Assembly: GCA_048938295.1 (NCBI GenBank)
Contig: JBHLMI010000004.1
Location: forward strand, 60,001 to 92,000
Origin: Promethearchaeota archaeon
GTDB taxonomy: Archaea; Asgardarchaeota; Hermodarchaeia; Hermodarchaeales; Hermodarchaeaceae
Length of the DNA: 32,000 nucleotides
Direction of reading: 5' to 3'
Below are positions 1 to 8,569 of this stretch, piece by piece. Within the stretch, counting starts at the first letter, position 1; every line of letters starts with the position of its first letter. Made by a program: the position numbers and the translations under genes. Under the pieces are notes generated by a model, which was given only the letters and a program-made list of their open reading frames with translations, was not told the origin of the DNA and searched no databases.

Positions 1-483
1 TCAGGTCTCCTTCCTCCCTTTGACTTGTTTACATACAAAATCCGAGCTGCTTTTACGGCGATTAGTTTAGCTTTCTTCTTGTATCCAACCTTACTCATTT
101 GGGTGAGTGAGCGTCGACGACTCAGAGATATGACTCCGATCATTTACATAATCTTAGTGCTCCTAATAGTTGCCTTGACCCCCACAGAACTGCTCCTACG
201 GCTGCTGCTTATTCCCTTTATGTTAGTTGTGTACGTTGGGTTTACAATCTCATTCTTCGCTGCATGGATGATGGGAAGGCTAGCTGAGGTTCACGGATTG
301 ATAATCAGCATCGGTGGAACGGTGACAATCCTTGGACAAATTCTCAAGGTATTTCTCCCTATCACATTAGTCTGGGTTTCAGAAGTTATCGAAATACTTG
401 GTCTGATCATCCTTTGGGCTGGTCTGAACATCAAATCTGGGAGGACAAAATTACCACCACCAACCCAAAGCCCACCGGCGTAA
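1..483 (+). CDS. Uncharacterised multi-pass membrane protein, probably 5'-truncated
   Basis: The frame is open from base 1 (TCA GGT CTC ... GAC TTG TTT), so the track's TTG start at 25 is probably internal. About 4-5 hydrophobic segments and a Pro-rich C-terminus (KLPPPTQSPPA). Confidence 0.65.
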   Translation, partial: SGLLPPFDLFTYKIRAAFTAISLAFFLYPTLLIWVSERRRLRDMTPIIYIILVLLIVALTPTELLLRLLLIPFMLVVYVGFTISFFAAWMMGRLAEVHGLIISIGGTVTILGQILKVFLPITLVWVSEVIEILGLIILWAGLNIKSGRTKLPPPTQSPPA

Positions 484-507
484 GGGTCTCTAATAGAAGT
501 GAACCAG

Positions 508-550
508 AGGAATCTATCTGAATCCCCATTGAGAAAAAGAATAGATTCCT
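508..550. terminator. Inverted repeat between convergent genes, possible bidirectional terminator
   Basis: AGGAATCTAT (508-517) and ATAGATTCCT (541-550) form a perfect 10-bp inverted repeat between the stops at 483 and 565. Confidence 0.45.
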
Positions 551-564
551 GGTCCTATCACTTG

Positions 565-2139
565 TTAGGGAGCAGTCGCAGTTGCGACAATGAGGTGTTC
601 TTGTGCTTGGTCAATAGTTGTAATTCGTGGCATTTTCGTTTGCCCAATTGCACATTGTTGGGATTGTAGTCTGTTGAATTCGTAATCATCGAAGCGTCCT
701 GTGGGAACCGAGTGAATGACCGCAGGACCAATAGTCTTTGCTGTGCGAACTTCCCAGTAGAGGCGATTTATCTCTTTGAGTGCTGAATCGAAGCCCCTTG
801 TGAACCCTCCTAGATCCTGGGGAGCACGATTGAATTCGACGAAGAGATGATAACAACTATTAGTTGGACTCACTAACGGAGCGACAACGAAATCGCGGAC
901 TAACGCATCTTGCTCCTCACTTGTAATTTTAAGAGCAGCGCTAATATGTTGTTCAGATACCTTTTCACCGCTCAAATTCAGAATGTTTGTACTTTTACCG
1001 AGGCACCGGAGGGTGAGTGGATTTAGAGAGGTAAACATCACCACATCGTGCAAGTCATACCGCCATAAGGTGCTGGGGGTCGTAACGATGATACGATAGG
1101 GGGTGTCTTTCTTCACTTCGCCAAGAGGAATTGTCTCAGTATCTGGGGCTAGTGAGTCTTTCTGCATACTTGCAAACTCGAACACAATATCATCCATCAT
1201 CGGGACGACACCCACATGGTCTTCAAATAGTTGAATTCCGTAACAGGCCTCTGTCCCAGCGTAAACTTCATGGATATGAACATCACCTGCAAGATCATGG
1301 ATCATTGGTTCGTATAAATCGCGAACAACCCCGCCATGAAAAATCACTGAAAGGTCTGGCCATAGCGCTCTGATGTCTAAAGTACCTTCATCGATGAGAG
1401 CCGCTCGGAGTCGCTGCCGTGTTTCTGGAGACAGGGTAGGATCGGTCTTTAGCCAATCATAGGACTCATATTTAATGCGGCGAAGGAGTGCGAGTATGAA
1501 GGAGGTTATTCCACCGCATGCGGTGACTTTGGGAGTGCTTATACCTTGGCGAATCGTTTCATGGAATTTGAGTTCCCAATCGGTGATGTCAAAGACGTCG
1601 GTCGTTGGTATGACTTTACTTCTAATAAGTCGACTTCCGCCCTTCATCGCTTGCCCAGTTCCGTAACCGACCTCCCAATCACCAATTTTAGTGTACACTG
1701 CAGGAGCAACCATGACGAGGATTTTCCCATGCAGGAATGGCCGGATTCTTGCTGCGGCCGCAAAGGACATAATCCGAAGGCGTTTGAGTGATTTCAAGCA
1801 AGTCGCTGTCTGGGGGATAAGCTTTGGTTTGCCTGTACTCCCACTCGTTGACAAGACCACCTGGATGGGTTCAGGATACAGCGTGTTATTGAGTCCATCT
1901 AGTTCCTGCTGAATATATGGTTGGAGATCGGCATATTGGTTGATTGGGATGCTGTTCACAAAATCTTCATAACTGCTGATGTCGCTGAATTGGTGGCGCT
2001 TGCCATAAGCTGTCCCTTCCGCATAACGGAGTAGCTCTTGAAGTCGTTGTTCTTGCGTTGCCACAGGATCTTCAATTGTCTTAAGAAATGGTGTGAGTTT
2101 CATATGTTCAAGGATTTTGGATGCGAGCGACCAAATCAT
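565..2139 (-). CDS. GH3 family acyl-acid amido synthetase (adenylate-forming)
   Basis: GH3 motifs: STSGSTGKPKLIP (motif I), YAGTE (motif II), WRYDLHD (motif III), LNLSGEK and C-terminal GQTKMPR. Start placed at ATG 2139 (MIWSL) behind an AGGAGA RBS rather than the track's GTG 2229. Confidence 0.85.
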   Translation of the reverse strand: MIWSLASKILEHMKLTPFLKTIEDPVATQEQRLQELLRYAEGTAYGKRHQFSDISSYEDFVNSIPINQYADLQPYIQQELDGLNNTLYPEPIQVVLSTSGSTGKPKLIPQTATCLKSLKRLRIMSFAAAARIRPFLHGKILVMVAPAVYTKIGDWEVGYGTGQAMKGGSRLIRSKVIPTTDVFDITDWELKFHETIRQGISTPKVTACGGITSFILALLRRIKYESYDWLKTDPTLSPETRQRLRAALIDEGTLDIRALWPDLSVIFHGGVVRDLYEPMIHDLAGDVHIHEVYAGTEACYGIQLFEDHVGVVPMMDDIVFEFASMQKDSLAPDTETIPLGEVKKDTPYRIIVTTPSTLWRYDLHDVVMFTSLNPLTLRCLGKSTNILNLSGEKVSEQHISAALKITSEEQDALVRDFVVAPLVSPTNSCYHLFVEFNRAPQDLGGFTRGFDSALKEINRLYWEVRTAKTIGPAVIHSVPTGRFDDYEFNRLQSQQCAIGQTKMPRITTIDQAQEHLIVATATAP

Positions 2140-2303
2140 AATCTTTCTCTCCTTTCTGTTTGAGTCTTGGGGAATGAGAGCAGAACAGTGAGTCTGGTTA
2201 CTGTTTCCAAAATTCTGGGTATGCCACACTCGCCCAGAGCTGCTGACAAACCCAGAATCAAGGATTTTAGTAGAACCTTGGTTTTCGTGAGTTCTCGCTC
2301 CAT
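2136..2303 (-). CDS. 55-aa small ORF translationally coupled to the GH3 gene (not in the ORF track)
   Basis: MERELTKTKVLLKSLILGLSAALGECGIPRILETVTRLTVLLSFPKTQTERRERL*. Its TGA overlaps the GH3 ATG (ATGA), and a TATA box lies 24-32 nt upstream of its ATG. Confidence 0.45.
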   Translation of the reverse strand: MERELTKTKVLLKSLILGLSAALGECGIPRILETVTRLTVLLSFPKTQTERRERL

Positions 2304-2326
2304 CAGACTTGCCGCGTGAATTCAGC

Positions 2327-2335
2327 TATTTTTAA
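2327..2335 (-). promoter_or_regulatory. TATA box (TTAAAAATA) for the small ORF-GH3 transcript
   Basis: Spacing to ATG 2303 fits an archaeal leaderless transcript. Confidence 0.5.
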
Positions 2336-2783
2336 GCGATATGGTGACAGGTAAGGCAAGTAGATGGCAACTCACACCAGTTGAAAATACCCTGGAACGC
2401 CAAAAGAGAAGCCTTCCTGCAATTGTTATGCACTCATGTTAGAATGAAGTGAAGGCATTCGTATTGTCAGCGTTGAGTTCGGTAGTTTTTTTACTGGGTC
2501 AAAAATCGAATCAAATAATTTTCACGCCCCTGCAGAGAGAGCCAGGATTTTCGTCTACGAGTGCCGGAGACTTGGTTTAATCGCTTTACAGTGACGCTGG
2601 GCAAACCCTTGTGCCATTCTAGCGATGGAAGTATTTGACATAACGCTTTTAAACTAAGCAAATTCCCCGCGCCAGTGGACACAACCCCCCTTACATTGAA
2701 CAAACAAAGGTGCGGAACGATATGGACCCGAGATCCGATGGCCCGATCTTACCATGTTAAGACCATAGAATTGCTAAACACTC

Positions 2784-2832
2784 TGGGATGCGCAGAGAAC
2801 TTATCACTGCCATCCCACTTTCTTCTTTTTCC
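2784..2832 (+). terminator. Hairpin followed by a pyrimidine/U tract
   Basis: TGGGATG-c-GCAG pairs with CTGC-CATCCCA (2784-2817), followed by CTTTCTTCTTTTT. It also lies just downstream of the rimK-like stop on the minus strand. Confidence 0.45.
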
Positions 2833-3726
2833 CTATTTTTTCAGTTCTTTCAAAATATAGGTGATAATTTCTTCAGATGCATCGACACCTGTGGCTTTTT
2901 GTAATCCGCTCCAGTTCGGTGCAGCATTTACCTCACTTACCACAAGTTTATTGTCTGCTTCCAGAATATCAATCCCTGCGAAGTCCATTTCCAGGGCCTT
3001 GCTGGCTCTTAAGGCTAGCTTCTCGAGCTCAGCTGAGACTGGGCATTCTTTCGGTTTAGCGCCTCTTGAGATATTCGTCTTCCATTCACCCGGCTTCGCA
3101 TACCGGTACATCGCCCCAATCACGCGTTCACCAACTACAAATGCACGGATATCACGAGCTGGAGTTTCGATGAACCGCTGAATCAAGAGGGTTTGATTTG
3201 CTGTTTGGAGTATTTTGAAAAGACGAAACGCCAGATCAGGGTCCTGTAATCTGAAAATGCCTTGGCCCTGCGAACCCCGTAGAGGTTTTGAAACAATGTC
3301 GTGATACCGTTTCGTTGCAGCTACAGCTACAGCCAGTCGCTCGGTTAGTGTCGTTGGAGGAATAGGAATCCCGTGATGTGCCAGCCATACCAAGGTGGCA
3401 AGTTTATCTTTTGCACGTCGATGACTATAAGCCCGATTGAAGACTCGAACCCCAGATAGTTCCAGAGCTTCCAGCATCGAGATCCGACTCGTGATTTGAT
3501 CAGTTGACCCGCCTCCAATGCTCCGGAGGATAATTGCATTCACATCTAACGGGCGTCGGCGTGGCAATAGAAACTGCATCTTTTCCGAATCCATATGTAG
3601 TGACAGATTCTTCAGACAGAAGGTAATGCCCTCACAGTCTTTAGCCTCTATTGCTCGAATCAGGCGACGAACGGGCCAATTTTGTCGCTCGCGACTCATG
3701 GCAATACCAATTCGCAATATGTGCAC
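2833..3726 (-). CDS. RimK/MptN/LysX-family ATP-grasp peptide (alpha-L-glutamate) ligase
   Basis: AKDK, KPLRGSQGQG, IQRFI, RDIRAFVVG, WKTNISRG, FAGIDIL and EVNAAP motifs. True start may be TTG 3717, behind a GGAGTG RBS. Confidence 0.9.
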   Translation of the reverse strand: MHILRIGIAMSRERQNWPVRRLIRAIEAKDCEGITFCLKNLSLHMDSEKMQFLLPRRRPLDVNAIILRSIGGGSTDQITSRISMLEALELSGVRVFNRAYSHRRAKDKLATLVWLAHHGIPIPPTTLTERLAVAVAATKRYHDIVSKPLRGSQGQGIFRLQDPDLAFRLFKILQTANQTLLIQRFIETPARDIRAFVVGERVIGAMYRYAKPGEWKTNISRGAKPKECPVSAELEKLALRASKALEMDFAGIDILEADNKLVVSEVNAAPNWSGLQKATGVDASEEIITYILKELKK

Positions 3727-3765
3727 ACTCCAAAAATCCTAGAGTATGCGTGGCACGCCATAGCA

Positions 3766-3772
3766 TATAAAA
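3766..3772 (-). promoter_or_regulatory. TATA box (TTTTATA) upstream of the RimK-like gene
   Basis: Lies about 35-40 nt upstream of the RBS, inside the 68-nt gap after the INO1-like stop. Confidence 0.5.
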
Positions 3773-3794
3773 GCGCACTAAGAATGATTACTAA

Positions 3795-4862
3795 CTAGAC
3801 TGGGCGAGTGCTTCGAATGAAATGCTCAAAGATGGTTTCACTTAGGGAAAGGGGATAGGGGCGTGGAGGCGCCTTGAAGCCATAGGAACACACGGCATCA
3901 ATGGGCCCGGTGAACCCTCGGTCTATTCCAATTTGCACTCCGCGTATAACATCGAGCAGAATGGAGGTGCTATTAGGAGCATCTTCACTGACAAGGCGGA
4001 GATCAATTATGAAGTCTGCATCTCCGATATACTGACCACGGAGATAGAAGTAGCTCTCACGACGATTACCTAAGAAGTAGACATAATCAGTTGAACCAGC
4101 AGTTATGGGTACCTGATAGGGAACTTCCTTTGAGACAATGCTGGTTTTCAATGACCGTTTCTGATCACGGGCGCGTGTTAAGGATTCAAGGGATTCAGTC
4201 CCTCCACCGACATCGAGTGCATAGCTTTCCTGGATCCTGACCCCACGTTTCACTAAGAAATCAAGCAGAGCTCGATGCAAGGCGGTTGCACCAACTTGGC
4301 TCATGAGATCATCGCCGACTACAGGTAATTGGGCATCATGGAATCGTTGAGCCCAATTCCGGTCGCTAGCCAACATCACCGGAGAAGTGTTAACATAAGC
4401 ACATCCAGCGTTCACCGCCGCGCTAGCATAATGATTGGCTGCTTCACTAGCGCCGCTGGGTAAAAGTCCTACCAAGATTCGAGCCTTACTTTCTTTTAAG
4501 ACGTTTGTAATATCAACGGGTTTGGCGTTACTTTCCGTGACAAGTTCTTCGAGGTTGGGTGTGAGCCCATCCAAGGTGGGACCACGTTGCACAATAATCT
4601 TTGAAGCGGGTACATCGGTAAATTTGGGGGCATTGTTCGGTTGGATAAAGATAGCCTCACTGAGGTCTTTCCCGACTTTCTCTTGGACCACATCGAAAGC
4701 TGCAACGACGTCGATGTCACTCACCGCATAGTTGCCAATCATGGGGTGCGCTAGTCCAGCACTTTCCGTAGCCTTGCTGGGGTGCCCATAGTGATGTAGA
4801 GCCTGCACAAGGCTGCACGCACAATTACCGATACCTGCAAGGGCAATCTTGATTTTTCCCAA
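3795..4862 (-). CDS. myo-inositol-1-phosphate synthase-like protein (divergent paralogue)
   Basis: GIGNCACSLVQ Rossmann motif, VAAFDV..KVGKDLSEAIF, RGPTLDG, GDDLMSQVGAT, DAPNS and FKAPP. TTG start. Confidence 0.85.
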   Translation of the reverse strand: MGKIKIALAGIGNCACSLVQALHHYGHPSKATESAGLAHPMIGNYAVSDIDVVAAFDVVQEKVGKDLSEAIFIQPNNAPKFTDVPASKIIVQRGPTLDGLTPNLEELVTESNAKPVDITNVLKESKARILVGLLPSGASEAANHYASAAVNAGCAYVNTSPVMLASDRNWAQRFHDAQLPVVGDDLMSQVGATALHRALLDFLVKRGVRIQESYALDVGGGTESLESLTRARDQKRSLKTSIVSKEVPYQVPITAGSTDYVYFLGNRRESYFYLRGQYIGDADFIIDLRLVSEDAPNSTSILLDVIRGVQIGIDRGFTGPIDAVCSYGFKAPPRPYPLSLSETIFEHFIRSTRPV

Positions 4863-4989
4863 AGTAGATGACCCCGAGATTACTTTATAGTCATGAGGTA
4901 TATAGCTGTTAAGGGGCGTTCTGCCTTGAATGGATTTAAGGGTTTCTCTTCTTAGGGAATGCTCTGTATACTCAATGGAAGGTGATATA

Positions 4990-5430
4990 ATGGTGGATCA
5001 AATCATACCCTGTGTTGGCGCAGTTATCCTTGACGAAGAGCTCCGAGTTCTGCTCGTGAAACACGTCCCGGAAAAAGGCGGATTTTGGATTGGTAAGTAC
5101 ATCTGTCCTGGTGGTCGCCTTGAATTTGGTGAGTCTCTCGAAGATGGTGTGCGAAGAGAAGTCCGCGAAGAAACTGGATTGGAGATTGAGATAGTTACTT
5201 GGGTTCGTCCAATGGAACGAATGATTCGGAGTGCTGATGAGTCCATCCAAGAGCACATTCTATATCTTGATGCGGTTGCTAAGGTCAAGGAGGGAAATTT
5301 CAAACCGGCATCTGACGTTGGAGAAGGCAACTGGTTCACAAGAGACGAACTTATAGAAATTCGTGATGAAATTCATGAAGATACTCAAATGCTCTTGAAA
5401 GAAGGGGGATTAGTAGAATGGGAAGAGTAA
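4990..5430 (+). CDS. Nudix hydrolase
   Basis: Nudix box GGRLEFGESLEDGVRREVREETGL. ATG 4990 follows a GGTGA RBS. Confidence 0.92.
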   Translation: MVDQIIPCVGAVILDEELRVLLVKHVPEKGGFWIGKYICPGGRLEFGESLEDGVRREVREETGLEIEIVTWVRPMERMIRSADESIQEHILYLDAVAKVKEGNFKPASDVGEGNWFTRDELIEIRDEIHEDTQMLLKEGGLVEWEE

Positions 5431-5434
5431 ACGG

Positions 5435-5983
5435 TTATTCAAGATAGTCTTTGAGGTGTTCTTTGATTTCAGATGGATGGCTAAGAATGGTTATTCCCTT
5501 CATGGCACGAAGCTTTTCGACATTCTCTAAATCGATGTCACGGGTCATTAGCTCCATCTTATCGCCGCTAGGCAACACTGTGGTGACGGTACCTGGTTTC
5601 TGATCCACAGGATAGATGTAGATGGGTACAGCAGTTTTCATGGCTTGGGCAACGGCGTTAGTGATGAGAGTGTCGGCGATACCGTAGGCGAGTTTGGCCA
5701 CAGTGTTTGCTGTTGCTGGCATGACAACAATGAACTTGTGGGTTCCCTTTTGGAGTGGGCCAGCAATGAAAGGTGTATTTGCATCAATTTCTGTTCGGAT
5801 TTTGGAAGAAATCGCTTCCAAATCATTTGTCAACTTATACCACTTGATAACCTGCATCCCCGCCTTTGAGAGAAAAATGAGGATTTCAGCACCATATTCT
5901 TCAACGATTTCTTTCATGACCTGCACGGATTCAGTCATGTAATCCCCCGCACCAGTAATTGCCCACGCGAATTTCAAAGGCAT
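5435..5983 (-). CDS. afpA: Archaeoflavoprotein AfpA (HFCD-like flavoprotein)
   Basis: AWAITGAG, FLSKAG.QV.KWYKL, ANTPFIAGPLQ.G, PATANTVAKLAYGIADTLITNAV, all typical of AfpA. GGAGTGA RBS. Confidence 0.85.
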   Translation of the reverse strand: MPLKFAWAITGAGDYMTESVQVMKEIVEEYGAEILIFLSKAGMQVIKWYKLTNDLEAISSKIRTEIDANTPFIAGPLQKGTHKFIVVMPATANTVAKLAYGIADTLITNAVAQAMKTAVPIYIYPVDQKPGTVTTVLPSGDKMELMTRDIDLENVEKLRAMKGITILSHPSEIKEHLKDYLE

Positions 5984-6064
5984 AGCTGATCACTCCATAA
6001 TTGCTGTATTCATAGAGCATACAACTTATTTGCGTTATTTCTTTTCCTAGACAGAACACCGAGA

Positions 6065-6084
6065 CCTTTTCGATAATCAAAAGG
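6065..6084. promoter_or_regulatory. Near-perfect palindrome in the afpA/isf divergent promoter region
   Basis: CCTTTT(c)GAT-a-ATCAAAAGG: 9-bp arms with a one-base bulge. Confidence 0.3.
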
Positions 6085-6124
6085 ATAGATAAAACGGAAC
6101 AGTACCCCTAGAAGTGTGAAGCCA

Positions 6125-6733
6125 ATGAATACTAAGAAATACCGAGTTCTTGGGATATCAGGGAGCCCACGCAAAGCCGCAACCGACTATGTCGTCCAGG
6201 AAGCCCTCAAGTATCTGAGGGAGAACCACCCTGTTGAAACCAAGTATTTCTCCGTGATGGGAAAGGAGCTGAAATTTTGTATTCACTGTGACCATTGCAT
6301 TCGAACCAAGGAAGGCTGTGTATTCAAAGACGACATGGTGGAAGTCTATGGGCTAATGGAGTGGGCTGATGCCTACATCCTCGGATCCCCAGTCTATCAG
6401 GGCAATATCAGTGGCCAACTGAAGACCCTCTTAGACCGTACTCGAGCAATACTTGCACGGAACCCCAACGTTTTCGAAGGGAAAATCGGTACGGGGGTCG
6501 CTGTTGGGGGAGACCGCGTTGGAGGGCAGGAACCAACCCTGCAAACGATTCACGATTTCTATATCATTAATCTTATTTTCTCAATTGGTGGGGGTGCTTT
6601 TGGGGCAAACCTTGGGGCCACTATATGGTCAAAGGACAAACGAGCCCTTGGTGCAGAAGCGGACAAACGTGGACTAAAAACTCTTTACAAGACCATGGAC
6701 CGGCTTTTCATAGTGTTGGAGAAGCTCCGATGA
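6125..6733 (+). CDS. isf: Iron-sulfur flavoprotein (Isf) / flavodoxin-family FMN protein
   Basis: GISGSPR, compact Cys motif CIHCDHCIRTKEGC (CX2CX2CX6C), GSPVYQG and RVGGQE. Alternative GTG start at 6116. Confidence 0.85.
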   Translation: MNTKKYRVLGISGSPRKAATDYVVQEALKYLRENHPVETKYFSVMGKELKFCIHCDHCIRTKEGCVFKDDMVEVYGLMEWADAYILGSPVYQGNISGQLKTLLDRTRAILARNPNVFEGKIGTGVAVGGDRVGGQEPTLQTIHDFYIINLIFSIGGGAFGANLGATIWSKDKRALGAEADKRGLKTLYKTMDRLFIVLEKLR

Positions 6734-6829
6734 CAACTAGCTGCCGATGTTCTTTGTTGATGGAGAGCTAACTACAGTATAGATAAGAAGGCAAATAGTC
6801 TAGTAGCAGCTAATTCGAAAGCTTACAAA

Positions 6830-8548
6830 TCAGCTGATTAGGAAGAATCGTGCGAGAATCTTACCCAAGAGGTAATTAAACAGAATCCCAATCCATAAGC
6901 CTGCAAGACCGGCGAAGTGAGCGATTTCGACTACATAACCAGCGAGTGCAGTCATAATCCAAAACAATCCAAAGAGCGCGATGGGAATGAAGGCAAAAAC
7001 AGCACTAAGCAATCCGACCAATATCATCTGAGTGATATGTTGCCCAATTTCAAAGCCGATGAGTCGACCCCCACCAACAAATCGTGTGAACAATACAAGT
7101 GAGATATAGGCGGACACATAGACTGCTGGGACCATTGAGAAGGCAATTAGAAATGAGACTGGATTAGTAAAGGGTTTGATGAGCGCAAAGGCCAGTACAA
7201 GGACTGGAATGATGACTGACATGAGAGTAATCAGATGGGCTTTAGCCCGGAGAATGCGTTCAGTGGGTAAGGGAAGAGTCATGGTATAGGCCATTCCGCG
7301 TGCTTCTACACTTAGAAAGAAAATTGAGAAGAAGCCCAGCATAACAGTGGGAATGACGATAAAGGTGAGGACATCGGAGACATGCACAACACTCAGGTTG
7401 AATGTGAATTGCAGCATCACTGGAATCATTGTTAGAAAGGGAAGAAAGAACATAATCGCCTGTCCTGGGGTTCGAGTGGCAATTCGAATATCTTTCCGGA
7501 GAAGAGCAACCCCTACTCGACTCACCTTAAGTGATACTGGGCGAACCACACCTGTACTTGATACTGCAATATTTCCGGTCCCTACACCTTGAAGGAAATT
7601 CCGTGCCCAGCGTACTCCCAGTATTGCAAGCCCACCATACAGAAGCACTACTAGGAGATCTATCCATAAGGGAGGGGTACCAGGAATTCCTGAGGCGAGA
7701 ACGACCAAGGTGCCCATGGAGAAGGGATACCCGAAATAGAGGATATTCCAAAGCGGTGCCAATTGGATTGAAAGACTGGCAAGCAGGGGGATGATGAAGT
7801 TGAGTAGTTGGAAAGAGAGGGAGAACCCCATTATAGCAGCCACCCACAGAATGATGAAGAGGATGCGAATGATGTTGTTAAGCCGAGAGCCACCAGATGT
7901 TTGGATGCGGGTATAAAAATACAAGGCAAGAATAAGCATGACTGCAATAGCCATACCCACGGTTGTGAGTAAAGCAACAAGACATGCAAGCGTTCCGAGA
8001 ACCGCAGGGACCGGGGAACCAAAAAGAAGGTAGATTACGATCCCATAGGCTAGAGGAAAGAACACGACGAGTGAGACCACTTGGGAGTCGAACAATCGGA
8101 TATACCCAAGTAACGCAAGCTTTCCGGTATCTGCACGAGAAACCGGGAGGTAATGGCCAATACTGGCTGCATTCGTTGAAATGAAAGATGTCGACACCAT
8201 GATTCCCCAGAAGATAAGGAACGAAAAGCCCATTAAACAGAAGATAGACACAGTAAAAGCCACACTAATCCACTGAAATTCGGGCGGAGCCCCATAAGTT
8301 CCACTGAGCGTCAACCAAATGATAACGCCGAAGATTACGGCCAGTATGCCTATAAAGATGCTGACGGTGAATTTGTTAAACCGCGCATTGCTCCGAGCTC
8401 GATCGATTTGCTTTTCGATGGTGTGTGTCATTGACCCCGCATTCATTGCCATGGCAGACCGGAACTGCACCTCAAGGGCAATCCTTCCTGCGATTCCCCA
8501 TGCTTCACGCCAGCCGATTTTTCGAGAAACCTCAACAGTATCAGACAA
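6830..8548 (-). CDS. ABC exporter permease, 12-14 TM
   Basis: Highly hydrophobic, with ALLRKDIRIATRTP and EARG motifs typical of ABC-2-type permeases. Lies 21 nt downstream of the ABC ATPase gene. Confidence 0.75.
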   Translation of the reverse strand: MSDTVEVSRKIGWREAWGIAGRIALEVQFRSAMAMNAGSMTHTIEKQIDRARSNARFNKFTVSIFIGILAVIFGVIIWLTLSGTYGAPPEFQWISVAFTVSIFCLMGFSFLIFWGIMVSTSFISTNAASIGHYLPVSRADTGKLALLGYIRLFDSQVVSLVVFFPLAYGIVIYLLFGSPVPAVLGTLACLVALLTTVGMAIAVMLILALYFYTRIQTSGGSRLNNIIRILFIILWVAAIMGFSLSFQLLNFIIPLLASLSIQLAPLWNILYFGYPFSMGTLVVLASGIPGTPPLWIDLLVVLLYGGLAILGVRWARNFLQGVGTGNIAVSSTGVVRPVSLKVSRVGVALLRKDIRIATRTPGQAIMFFLPFLTMIPVMLQFTFNLSVVHVSDVLTFIVIPTVMLGFFSIFFLSVEARGMAYTMTLPLPTERILRAKAHLITLMSVIIPVLVLAFALIKPFTNPVSFLIAFSMVPAVYVSAYISLVLFTRFVGGGRLIGFEIGQHITQMILVGLLSAVFAFIPIALFGLFWIMTALAGYVVEIAHFAGLAGLWIGILFNYLLGKILARFFLIS

Positions 8549-8569
8549 GTTCGTAAACCACTCCGGGAT

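Noticed and set aside
2140-2229. Track's GTG-initiated N-terminal extension of GH3
   Set aside because: It does not resemble GH3, and an RBS sits directly before ATG 2139.
2591-2630. GTGACGCTGGGCAAACCC, reminiscent of the c-di-GMP-I riboswitch
   Set aside because: Only a short partial match; the tetraloop/receptor and P2 elements are absent.
2491-2703. 70-aa minus-strand TTG ORF
   Set aside because: No RBS, no motifs and atypical composition, so it is not supported as coding.
2784-2817. Hairpin considered as a SECIS element
   Set aside because: It lacks the AUGA/GA core or GAA/A motif, and I saw no in-frame UGA-interrupted ORF in the window.
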